A stretch of 24,000 nt of DNA, taken from NCBI GenBank assembly GCA_963783735.1, contig CAWAOO010000001.1, forward strand, positions 326,295 through 350,294. Direction: 5' to 3'. The position numbers and the translations under genes are program-made. This stretch comes from an uncultured Actinomycetota bacterium (lineage in GTDB: Bacteria; Actinomycetota; Actinomycetes; Actinomycetales; Dermatophilaceae). The notes under the pieces were generated by a model. It had not been told where the DNA came from. It searched no databases and worked only from the letters and a program-made list of their open reading frames with translations. Positions 1-9,988 of this stretch are shown here, piece after piece. The number at the start of each line of letters is the position of its first letter. The stretch's first letter is position 1.

Positions 1-1785
<1,785 letters not shown>

Positions 1786-1793
<8 letters not shown>

Positions 1794-2682
1794 GGCCGTA
1801 CCTCGCTTCGTCCCGCCAGAACACGACGACGCCGACCGTGAGGAGGATGACCGCCCACCCGGCCGAGGCCGCCCAGTAGCTCCACGCGAAGGTGAACTCG
1901 TTCATGAGCGACTGCCGGCCGAGGGTGAGCGGCAGGGCGAACGGCTGGTACTCGAGGACGAACCCGACGGCGCCGTGGGCGTAGTGGGAGATGGGGAAGA
2001 ACACCCCGGAGACGTAGCGGAGCAGCCGGATGGCGACCGGGATGAGGTTGGCGATGTCCCGCGAGATGTTGACGACCCGGGCGAGGACGAACGACATCCC
2101 CGTGAGCATCATGATCATGAGGAGGACGACGACCGGCCAGAGGAGCCACTCCCACCTCGGCGCCTCGCCGGTGACGAGCATGAGGACGAAGAGGAGGACG
2201 AACGCCGGGATGTTCGCGAGGAACTCGGTCAGGGTCACCGACAGCGGCAGCAGCGCGCGCGGGAAGCGGAGGGCACGGACGAGCCCGATGTTGTTCGTCA
2301 CCGCCCGGGCGCCGCTGCCGACCGCCGAGGAGATGAACGCGAAGAGGACGACGCCGATGGAGAGGAACCCGATGAAGTTGTCCACCCCGCGGCTCGTCTT
2401 GAGCAGGAGCCCGAAGACGAAGAAGTAGCTCGCGATGAGGAACAGCGGGTTGAGGACCGCCCAGAGCTGGCCGAGGCGGTTGTTCTGGTGCCGGGAGGAG
2501 GACTGGCCGGAGGCGAGGGTGACGAGGAACGACCGGCGCCGCCAGACCTCGGCGAGGTAGGGACGCAGCGGCGGTCGCTCCCCGAGGGCGCGCAGGCCGT
2601 GGGCCTCGGCGAGTCGTGCCGCCTCCTCGAGGTCGAGCGCGTCCCGCGCGTCCCGGGAGGCGGAGGGTGGGCCCGCGGTCAC
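1786..2682 (-). CDS. ABC-2 type transporter permease (Wzm/TagG-like) for polysaccharide export
   Basis: 298 aa with multiple hydrophobic segments (LNPLFLIASYFFVFGLLL, FLSIGVVLFAFISSAV, IPAFVLLFVLMLV, WPVVVLLMIMMLTGMSFVLA, AGWAVILLTVGVVVFW). It sits immediately upstream of the cognate ATPase and overlaps it. The GTG start (2682..2680) overlaps the dehydrogenase TGA (GTGA). Confidence 0.85.
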
Positions 2683-3941
2683 AGACGGTGGACCTTCTCG
2701 CCCTCCGGCGCGACCCCGCGGGTGTCGAAGAACCGGCGGGCGGACGCCGACAGTGCGGCGACGTCGTACTCCCGGTGGTTCTGGACGAGGATCGTCAGGT
2801 CGGCCGAGGCGACGCTCTCCTCGAGGTCCTCGGCGCGGGTGACGGCGTCACCGGCCGCGGTCCACTTGAGGACGTGGGGGTCGTGGTAGAGCACCCGGGC
2901 GCCGCGGTCGGCGAGGTGCCGGGCGACGGGCACGGCGGGCGACTCGCGCTGGTCGGCGATGTTCGGCTTGTACGTCACGCCGAGGATGAGGACGGTCGAG
3001 CCGCGCAGCGGCTTGGAGTCCTCGTTGAGGAGGTTCTGGGCGCGCTGGACGACGTAGGCCGGCATCGTCGCGTTGATCTCCTGGGCGAGCTCGACGAACC
3101 GGAAGGGGTAGCCGAGGCGGGCCCGGACGTTGTACGAGAGGTAGTTCGGGTCGATGGGGATGCAGTGCCCCCCGACGCCGGGGCCGGGGAAGAACGCCTG
3201 GAACCCGAACGGCTTCGTCGAGGCGGCGTGGATGACGTCCCAGAGGTCGATGCCGAGGTCGTGGCAGAACCGCGCCATCTCGTTGACGAGCGCGATGTTG
3301 ATGTGCCGGTAGGTGTTCTCGAGGAGCTTCGCGGTCTCGGCCTCGCGCGTCCCCTTGGCCCGGACGACGGTGTCGACGAACCGGCCGTAGAACTCGGCGG
3401 CCCGGTCGCCGCAGGCGGGGGTGTGGCCCCCGACGACCTTCGGGGTGTTCTTCGCCCCAAAGGTCGGGTTGCCCGGGTCGATCCGCTCGGGGGAGAACGC
3501 GAGGTGGAAGTCGGTGCCGGCCCGCAGGCCGCCGGCCTCGAGGGCCGGCCGGACGACCTCGTCGGTCGTTCCGGGGTACGTCGTCGACTCGAGGACGACG
3601 AGCGAGCCCGGCTGGAGCCGGGGGGCGATCGTGTCGACGGCGGAGCGGACGGCCCCGAGGTCGGGACCCCCGTCCTCGGAGAGCGGGGTCGGGACGCAGA
3701 TGACGAGGGTCTCGGCGCCCTTGAGCTCGGCCGGGTCGGTCGTCGCGCGGAACCCGGCGGCGAGCATCTCGGCGATGTCGGCGTCGCTAAGGTCGTCGAC
3801 GTGGGAGGTCCCGGCGTTGAGGGACGAGACCACGGGCTCGCTCACGTCGAACCCAAGGACGGCGAGCCCGGCCCGGGACGCCTCCTGTGCGAGGGGGAGC
3901 CCGACGTAGCCGAGTCCGATGATGGCGACGTGCGTCGTCAC
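2679..3941 (-). CDS. Nucleotide-sugar dehydrogenase, WecC/Cap5O/WbpA class (probable UDP-N-acetyl-D-mannosamine dehydrogenase)
   Basis: 420 aa. N-terminal Rossmann motif VAIIGLGYVGLPLA. Catalytic-Cys motif GPGVGGHCIPIDP, which is the GGHCI class rather than the GGSCFPKD of Ugd. UDP-binding C-terminal domain (ILGVTYKPNIADQRESPA). A WecB epimerase is encoded in the divergent operon. The GTG start overlaps the upstream GT4 TGA (GTGA). Confidence 0.85.
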   Translation of the reverse strand: MTTHVAIIGLGYVGLPLAQEASRAGLAVLGFDVSEPVVSSLNAGTSHVDDLSDADIAEMLAAGFRATTDPAELKGAETLVICVPTPLSEDGGPDLGAVRSAVDTIAPRLQPGSLVVLESTTYPGTTDEVVRPALEAGGLRAGTDFHLAFSPERIDPGNPTFGAKNTPKVVGGHTPACGDRAAEFYGRFVDTVVRAKGTREAETAKLLENTYRHINIALVNEMARFCHDLGIDLWDVIHAASTKPFGFQAFFPGPGVGGHCIPIDPNYLSYNVRARLGYPFRFVELAQEINATMPAYVVQRAQNLLNEDSKPLRGSTVLILGVTYKPNIADQRESPAVPVARHLADRGARVLYHDPHVLKWTAAGDAVTRAEDLEESVASADLTILVQNHREYDVAALSASARRFFDTRGVAPEGEKVHRL

Positions 3942-5722
3942 TGTGTGTTCTCCTCCACCTGGTCTGGGACGGTGCTGGTCACGGAGCGGTAGACGTCTGC
4001 GTACCGTTCGGCCGCGGTCGACCAGGTGCGGTGACCGGCAACCCAGTCGCGAGCCAGCCGCCCTCGGCGTCTTCGGCCCGTCGGATCATACAGGAGCGCA
4101 CTCATCGCCTCGGCCCACGCCGCGGGGTCGTCGGGCGTGGCGAGGAGCCCGACGTCGCCGCCGTCGAGCAGCTCGACGAGCGGCGGGAGGTCGCTGAGGA
4201 GGACCGGTCGCCCCGTCGCCATCGCCTCGAGCGGCTTGAGCGGAGGGACGACCGACGTCACCGGAGTCCGGCGCCGGGGGACGCAGAAGACGTCCGCCGC
4301 GGCGTGGAACCGGCGCACGTCCGCGTGCGGGACCCGGCCGGGGAGGACCGCCCGGACGCCGAGCTCCGCGGCGAGTCCCCGGAGGTCGTCGGCGGCCGGG
4401 CCCGACCCGACGACGAGGACGACGACGCCCGGGTCGTCGAGCCGGTGCGCCGCCCGGAGGAGGGTGTCGACCCCCTCGTAGTCGTTGAGGGTGCTCACGA
4501 CGGCGAAGACCGTGTCGCCGTCGCCGATCCCTAGGGCACGCCGGGTCGGGCCCGGGTCGGGGACGGGGCCGAGGAAGGTGTCGTCGACGGCGTTGGGGAC
4601 GAGGTGGACCCGGTCCGGGTCGATGCCCCGGTCGAGGATCGCGTCCCGCATCGACCTCGAGAGGGTGACGACCGCGTCCGCGCCGGCCATGCACGACGAC
4701 TCGGTGGCCCGCGTCATCCGGTAGTGGTCGGTCTCGCGGGACCGCCCCCGGGACAGCCACGTCTCCTCGAGGAACCCGCGGACCTCGTAGACGACGGGCA
4801 CGTCGAGGCGGCGGGCGACGCGGAGGGCGACCTGGGCGTTGTCGTGCTTGCTGTGGGCGTGGAGGAGGTCGGGCCGGAGCCGGTCGCAGAGCCGCCCGAG
4901 CTCCTCGACTCCGAGGTCGAGGCGGGGGCCGGCGCCGGCCGGGAGGGGCCGGCGGGGGAGCAGGCGGTGGTAGGGCACGCCGTCGACGACGGCCTCGGGA
5001 CCGGCGCCGACGCTGCCGCTGTCGACGGGGAACCCGACCCGGGTCACGACGTGGGCGTCGAGCCCGGCCGCCCGCTGGGCGGCGGCGATCCCCTGGGTGC
5101 GGAGGGTGTAGCCCGCCTCGACCTCGGGGAGGGCGTTCGTCACGACGTGGAGGACCCGGGTGACGGGGCCACCGCGCCGGGGCCCCACGCCGGCACGCGG
5201 GGCGGGGAGCCCGTGCCCGTCCAGCCCGGCCCGCTCGTCCGCGAGCCGGGCCCGCAGCCGCGCGGCCGGCCTCCCGGGGACGCCGGCGAGGGTCGCGTCC
5301 GCCTCGCCGAGACGCCCCTCGGCGAGGTCGAGGAGGGCGGTGAGGCGCGCTCGCTCCGGGTCGGCCGCGGGGAGGCGGGCGAGCGCCCGGGCGGCGGCCG
5401 CGGTGTCGCCGAGCGTCGCGGCGGCAGCGGAGGCCCGGCGGAGCTCGGCGGGGGTCCCGGTGTCGATGACGTCGGCGAGGAGGGCCCGGGCGGCGTCCCG
5501 GCGGCCGTCCGCGGCGAGCCCGAGCGCCGTCGTCACCCGCAGCGGGGACCGGGTCGCCGCGCGCAGCGCCGCCCGGCGCACCGACGGGGGGGCGCCGCGC
5601 CACAGCACGGACACCGCCTTCCAGCGGTCCTGGCCGACGTGCCGCGCGAGCACCGAGGCCGTGACCGGGAGGTTGTGCGCGACCGCGCGTGCTCGGCGGA
5701 TCGGGACCGGCACGGGCGACAC
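3938..5722 (-). CDS. GT4 glycosyltransferase (GT-B fold) with a ~190-aa Ala/Arg-rich helical-repeat (TPR-like) N-terminal extension
   Basis: The C-terminal ~400 aa form a typical GT4: RVLHVVTNALPEVEAGYTLRTQ...LLHAHSKHDN...VVYEVRGFLEETW...VPNAVD...PLKPLEAMATGRPVLLSD (E-x7-E-like). High GC3 continues upstream to the GTG at 5722..5720, which is preceded by GGGGAG. The start is uncertain because no in-frame ATG exists. The rest of ORF 3938..6727 is antisense to wecB. Confidence 0.75.
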   Translation of the reverse strand: MSPVPVPIRRARAVAHNLPVTASVLARHVGQDRWKAVSVLWRGAPPSVRRAALRAATRSPLRVTTALGLAADGRRDAARALLADVIDTGTPAELRRASAAAATLGDTAAAARALARLPAADPERARLTALLDLAEGRLGEADATLAGVPGRPAARLRARLADERAGLDGHGLPAPRAGVGPRRGGPVTRVLHVVTNALPEVEAGYTLRTQGIAAAQRAAGLDAHVVTRVGFPVDSGSVGAGPEAVVDGVPYHRLLPRRPLPAGAGPRLDLGVEELGRLCDRLRPDLLHAHSKHDNAQVALRVARRLDVPVVYEVRGFLEETWLSRGRSRETDHYRMTRATESSCMAGADAVVTLSRSMRDAILDRGIDPDRVHLVPNAVDDTFLGPVPDPGPTRRALGIGDGDTVFAVVSTLNDYEGVDTLLRAAHRLDDPGVVVLVVGSGPAADDLRGLAAELGVRAVLPGRVPHADVRRFHAAADVFCVPRRRTPVTSVVPPLKPLEAMATGRPVLLSDLPPLVELLDGGDVGLLATPDDPAAWAEAMSALLYDPTGRRRRGRLARDWVAGHRTWSTAAERYADVYRSVTSTVPDQVEENTQ

Positions 5723-5800
5723 CTCCCCATTCGTGCGTCTGCGTCGGACGTGCGCCACACTAGCGCTCGGACCCCCGCTCGCCCGACCCCGAAGGCACCC
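5723..5800. promoter_or_regulatory. 78-bp divergent intergenic region, presumed to carry the promoters of both envelope-polysaccharide operons
   Basis: It is the only non-coding gap between the two head-to-head operons. A TAnnnT-type hexamer TAGTGT (minus strand, 5757..5762) and a GAAGG RBS 5 nt before the wecB ATG are visible. No convincing -35 element was found. Confidence 0.3.
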
Positions 5801-6883
5801 ATGGCTCCCCTCGTCCTCCACGTCACCGGCGCTCGCCCGAACTTCCCCAAGGTCGCCCCGGTCATCGCGGCCCTCGAGCACCATCCCGTCGAGCAGCTGC
5901 TCGTCCACACCGGGCAGCACTATGACGAGCGGATGTCCGACGTCTTCTTCCGCCAGCTCGGGATCCCGATGCCGGACGTCAACCTCGAGGTCGGCTCCGG
6001 CACCCACGGGCACCAGACCGGCGCGATCATGGCCGGGCTCGAGGACCTCTTCGTCGAGCGGCGTCCCGACCTCGTCGTCGTGTACGGGGACGTCAACTCG
6101 ACCGTGGCCGCGGCCCTCGTCGCCTCGAAGATGGGGATCACCTTCGCCCACGTCGAGGCCGGGCTGCGCAGCTTCGACATGACGATGCCGGAGGAGGTCA
6201 ACCGCCTCGTCACCGACCGGCTCTCCGACCTCCTCCTCACGACGAGCGTCGACGCCGTCGCCCACCTCGGCAACGAGGGCGTCCCGGCCGAGAAGATCCA
6301 CTTCGTCGGCAACCCGATGATCGACACCCTCCTGCGCAACCGCGAGCGCTTCGACGCCGACGCGGCCCGGGCGGCCGTCGGCGTCGACGGGCCGTACGTC
6401 GTCGCGACCCTCCACCGCCCCGGCAACGTCGACGACCCCCGGGACGTCGGCGAGCTCGTCCGGGCCATGCACGCCGTCGCCGACCAGGCCGAGGTCGTCA
6501 TCCCGCTCCACCCGCGCGGGCGGGCGCGCCTCGAGCAGGCCGGGTTCCTCGACCACCCGGCGATGACGGTCATCGAGCCGCTCGGCTACATCGAGTTCAT
6601 GGGGCTCGTCCGCGGGGCCGCCGCCGTCGTCACCGACTCCGGGGGCGTCCAGGAGGAGACGACGGTGCTCGGCGTCCCGTGCCTCACCCTCCGGCCGAAC
6701 ACCGAGCGGCCCGTGACGATCACGCACGGGACGAACCGCCTCGTCAGCCGCGACACCCTCGCGGCGAACGTCAAGGACGTCCTCGCGACCGGTCCGCTCT
6801 CGACGTGGCCCGTCCCGCCGCTCTGGGACGGCAACGCCGGGCCGCGGATCGCCGCCGTCCTCGCGCGGGCCGTCGCGGCGTGA
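5801..6883 (+). CDS. wecB: UDP-N-acetylglucosamine 2-epimerase (non-hydrolysing)
   Basis: 360 aa: MAPLVLHVTGARPNFPKVAPV...HTGQHYDERMSDVFF...GDVNSTVAAALVASKMGI..AHVEAGLRSFDMTMPEEVNR...VTDSGGVQEETTVLGVPCLTLRPNTERP. These are the canonical WecB/MnaA motifs. GAAGG RBS lies upstream. Confidence 0.92.
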   Translation: MAPLVLHVTGARPNFPKVAPVIAALEHHPVEQLLVHTGQHYDERMSDVFFRQLGIPMPDVNLEVGSGTHGHQTGAIMAGLEDLFVERRPDLVVVYGDVNSTVAAALVASKMGITFAHVEAGLRSFDMTMPEEVNRLVTDRLSDLLLTTSVDAVAHLGNEGVPAEKIHFVGNPMIDTLLRNRERFDADAARAAVGVDGPYVVATLHRPGNVDDPRDVGELVRAMHAVADQAEVVIPLHPRGRARLEQAGFLDHPAMTVIEPLGYIEFMGLVRGAAAVVTDSGGVQEETTVLGVPCLTLRPNTERPVTITHGTNRLVSRDTLAANVKDVLATGPLSTWPVPPLWDGNAGPRIAAVLARAVAA

Positions 6884-8793
6884 CGCCGGCCGCTCCCGGC
6901 CCGCGACCCGGGGCCTCGTCCGGCGGCGTCGGCCGGATCGCCGCCGACGCCAAGCGGGCGCGCGAGGTCGTCGCCGCCGCCCGGACCGACCCCGAGCTCC
7001 GCCGCGAGCTCCCGGCCCGGGTCCGCCGCAACCTCGCCCACCGCGTCCCCCGCCGCCGGGTCCGGACCCGGCGCGCGCTGCCCGACGTCCCCGTGCCCGA
7101 CGGGCCGGTCGCCCGCCCCGACCTCACCGTTGCCGTCATCCTCGACCCGTTCTCCGAGCTCGCGTTCCGCTACGAGTGGGACCAGCTCGCCCTCCTGCCC
7201 GGGGGGCGGTGGCGGGTCCAGGCCGGGGACGCGGCGCCGGACCTCCTCTTCGTCGAGTCGGCCTGGCAGGGCAACGGCGGCGCGTGGCGGCTGGCGATGT
7301 CGACCGAGGACGGGCCGAGCGAGGAGCTGCGCGAGCTCGTCGCCTGGTTCCGCGACCGCGGCGTCCCGACGGTGTTCTGGAACAAGGAGGACCCGCCGAA
7401 CTACGACCGGTTCCTCGAGACGGCGAGGCTCTTCGACCACGTCTTCACGGTCGACGCCGAGCGGCTCCCCGCCTACCGCGCCGACCTCGGGCACGACCGG
7501 GTCGCGCTCCTGCCGTTCGCGGCGCAGCCGCGGATCCACACCCCCGTCCGCCGCGGGCCGGGCCGGGCCTACGACGTCGCGTTCGCCGGGACGTACTTCG
7601 CCGAGAAGCACCCCGAGCGGCGCGCGCAGATGGACTACCTCCTCGCCGGGTCGAAGGACCTCGGGCTCGACATCTACTCGCGGCTGCAGACCGACGACGC
7701 GCGGTACCGCTTCCCGCGGGAGTACCGGCGCCACATCGTCGGGTCGCTGCCGTACGAGCAGATGCTCGGGGCGTACACGTCGTACAAGGTCTTCCTCAAC
7801 GTCAACAGCGTCACGGGGTCGCCGACGATGTGCTCCCGGCGGCTCTTCGAGCTCTCGGCCGCGGAGACGGCGGTCGTCACCGCTCCCGCGGCGGCGGTCG
7901 AGCCGTTCTTCGGGGACGACCTCACCGTCGTCCACGACACCGAGTCGGCGCGCCTTGCCATCGGCGCGCTCGTCGGGCAGGCCGAGCTGCGCGACCGGAC
8001 CGCGCTCAGGGCCCGGCAGCGGGTCCACCGCGAGCACCTCTACCGGCACCGGGTCGACGCGGTCCTCCGCACGGCCGGGCTCCCCGTCCACGAGCCGGAC
8101 CGGTCGGTCTCCGCGGTCGTCCCGACGATGCGCCCCGGACAGGTCGACCACGTCGTCGACTTCCTCGGTGGCCAGGCCCACGGCGACATCGAGCTCGTCC
8201 TCGTCACCCACGGGTTCGAGGTCGACGAGCGGGACCTGCGCGCCCGGGCCGCCGACGCGGGCCTGGAGCGGGTCGTCGTCGTCCCCGCCGCGCCCGACCT
8301 CACCCTCGGCGCGTGCATGAACCTCGGAGTCGTCGCCTCCTCGGGCCGGTACGTCGCGAAGATGGACGACGACAACTCCTACGCCGCGAACTACCTCGCC
8401 GACCTCCTCGCGGTCTTCGACTACACCGAGGCCGCGGTGGCCGGGAAGTGGGCGCACTACGTCCACCTCGCCGCGAGCGACGCGACCCTCCTGAGGTTCG
8501 CCCACGCCGAGCACCGCTACGTCGACCTCGTCCAGGGCGGGACGCTGCTCACCGAGCGCGCGACGGTGACCCGGACCCCGTTCGAGGACGTGCCCCGCCG
8601 GGTCGACACGACGTTCCTCGAGAACGTCCGGCGGCAGGGGGGCCGGGTCTACTCCGCGGACCGGTTCAACTTCGTCTCCCGGCGGGCGGCGACGACGGCC
8701 GGGCACACGTGGGGCGTCACCGACCAGGAGCTGCTCACCCGGTCCTCCGACCTGCGCTTCTACGGCGACCCGCTCCACCACGTCACCGTCTGA
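6880..8793 (+). CDS. Two-domain glycosyltransferase: N-terminal CgeB-like (Glyco_trans_1_2-type) domain plus C-terminal GT2-like domain
   Basis: The GTG at 6880 overlaps the wecB TGA (GTGA). N-terminal half: DLLFVESAWQGNGGAW, VPTVFWNKEDPPNYDRF, FLNVNSVTGSPTMCSRRLFELSAAETAVVT (CgeB/YkvP-like). C-terminal half: VSAVVPTMRPGQ..., LGACMNLGVVASSGRYVAKMDDDNSY (GT2 DxD region). Confidence 0.75.
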   Translation: MTPAAPGPRPGASSGGVGRIAADAKRAREVVAAARTDPELRRELPARVRRNLAHRVPRRRVRTRRALPDVPVPDGPVARPDLTVAVILDPFSELAFRYEWDQLALLPGGRWRVQAGDAAPDLLFVESAWQGNGGAWRLAMSTEDGPSEELRELVAWFRDRGVPTVFWNKEDPPNYDRFLETARLFDHVFTVDAERLPAYRADLGHDRVALLPFAAQPRIHTPVRRGPGRAYDVAFAGTYFAEKHPERRAQMDYLLAGSKDLGLDIYSRLQTDDARYRFPREYRRHIVGSLPYEQMLGAYTSYKVFLNVNSVTGSPTMCSRRLFELSAAETAVVTAPAAAVEPFFGDDLTVVHDTESARLAIGALVGQAELRDRTALRARQRVHREHLYRHRVDAVLRTAGLPVHEPDRSVSAVVPTMRPGQVDHVVDFLGGQAHGDIELVLVTHGFEVDERDLRARAADAGLERVVVVPAAPDLTLGACMNLGVVASSGRYVAKMDDDNSYAANYLADLLAVFDYTEAAVAGKWAHYVHLAASDATLLRFAHAEHRYVDLVQGGTLLTERATVTRTPFEDVPRRVDTTFLENVRRQGGRVYSADRFNFVSRRAATTAGHTWGVTDQELLTRSSDLRFYGDPLHHVTV

Positions 8794-8872
8794 CGGCGCC
8801 CGGGTGCCGCCGGAGTGGCCGCCGCGCCGGGGATGCCGGAGTGGATGGCGGGCGGGCGGGTAAGAACGGGGC

Positions 8873-9988
8873 ATGATCGGGTCCATGACAACGGCCAACC
8901 GGACCGGTGGCGCCCGGGAGCGGCGCCCGGCGCCCGAGCCGGTCCTCCTCGAACCGGCCGGCGACGCTGGCCGGCTCCGGGAGGCCGCCGGCGCGGCCGC
9001 CGCGGCGCGCGGGAGCACGCGCGCCGCGCTCGGCCTCGCCGGCGACGTCGGCACGTGGGCGCCCCTTCCCGGCGAGGGCCGCACCCGGCAGCTGTGGGAG
9101 CTGCTCGCCACGCTCGCCGCCGTCGACCTCACCCTCGCCCGGACCGTCGAGCCCCACCTCGACGCGCTCGCGATCCTCCACCAGTCGCGGGCCCGGGGGC
9201 TCGAGCGCGTCGGGGCCGGGAGCGACAGCGTCTGGGGGGTCTACGCGGCCGAGGGGGCCGGCGCCCGCCTCGACGCCGTGCCCCAGGCCGGCGGCTGGGT
9301 GGTCACCGGTCGGAAGCCGTGGTGCTCCCTGGCCGGAGACCTCAGCCACGCCCTCGTCACCGCCCACCTCCCCGGTGACCGGGGCCGGCAGGCCTTCGCC
9401 GTCGCCCTCCGGGGGCCGGGGGTGACCCCCGTCGGGGCGCCGTGGGCTGCCCGGGGACTCGCCGACGTCCCGAGCGGGCCGCTCGACCTCGACCGGGCCC
9501 CCGCCGTCCCCGTCGGCGGTCCGGGCTGGTACCTCACCCGTCCCGGGTTCGCGTGGGGTGGGATCGGCGTCGCCGCCTGCTGGTACGGCGGCGCCGTCGC
9601 GGTCGGGCGACGGATGCTCCGGCAGGCGGGGGAGCGCGAGCTCGACCAGGTCGGCCACATGCACCTCGGGGCCGTCGACGCCGCGCTCCACGCGGCCCGG
9701 CTCGCCCTGGGCGATGCCGCGCGCGCGGTCGACGGCGGTCGGGCCGAGGGGGCGGCGGGGGCGACCGCGGCCCTGCGGGCCCGGCACGTCGTCGCCCGCT
9801 CCGCCGAGGACGTCCTCCGCCGGGCGGCGCACGCGCTCGGCCCGGCCCCGCTCGCCCTCGAGGAGGAGCACGCCGCCCGGGTCGCCGACCTCGATCTCTA
9901 CCTGCGCCAGGAGCACGCAGAGCGGGACGAGGCCGCACTCGGCCGAGCTGTCCTGGCCGGCTCCGCATCCACCGAGGGCTCCCGATGA
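8873..9988 (+). CDS. Acyl-CoA dehydrogenase-fold flavoprotein (atypical, short N-terminal domain; function unknown)
   Basis: 371 aa with an ACAD-like middle beta-domain and C-terminal helical bundle: WVVTGRKPWCSLAGDLSHALVTA, RGLADVPSGPLDLD, WGGIGVAACWYGGAVAVGR, ...VADLDLYLRQEHAERDEAALGR. The start could instead be the ATG at 8885. The stop overlaps the next gene's start (ATGA). Confidence 0.65.
   Translation: MIGSMTTANRTGGARERRPAPEPVLLEPAGDAGRLREAAGAAAAARGSTRAALGLAGDVGTWAPLPGEGRTRQLWELLATLAAVDLTLARTVEPHLDALAILHQSRARGLERVGAGSDSVWGVYAAEGAGARLDAVPQAGGWVVTGRKPWCSLAGDLSHALVTAHLPGDRGRQAFAVALRGPGVTPVGAPWAARGLADVPSGPLDLDRAPAVPVGGPGWYLTRPGFAWGGIGVAACWYGGAVAVGRRMLRQAGERELDQVGHMHLGAVDAALHAARLALGDAARAVDGGRAEGAAGATAALRARHVVARSAEDVLRRAAHALGPAPLALEEEHAARVADLDLYLRQEHAERDEAALGRAVLAGSASTEGSR

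Noticed and set aside
5723-6727. N-terminal extension of ORF 3938..6727(-) to 929 aa
   Set aside because: The extension is antisense to the clearly real wecB gene and has shadow-frame composition. The GT4 gene most plausibly starts at GTG 5722.
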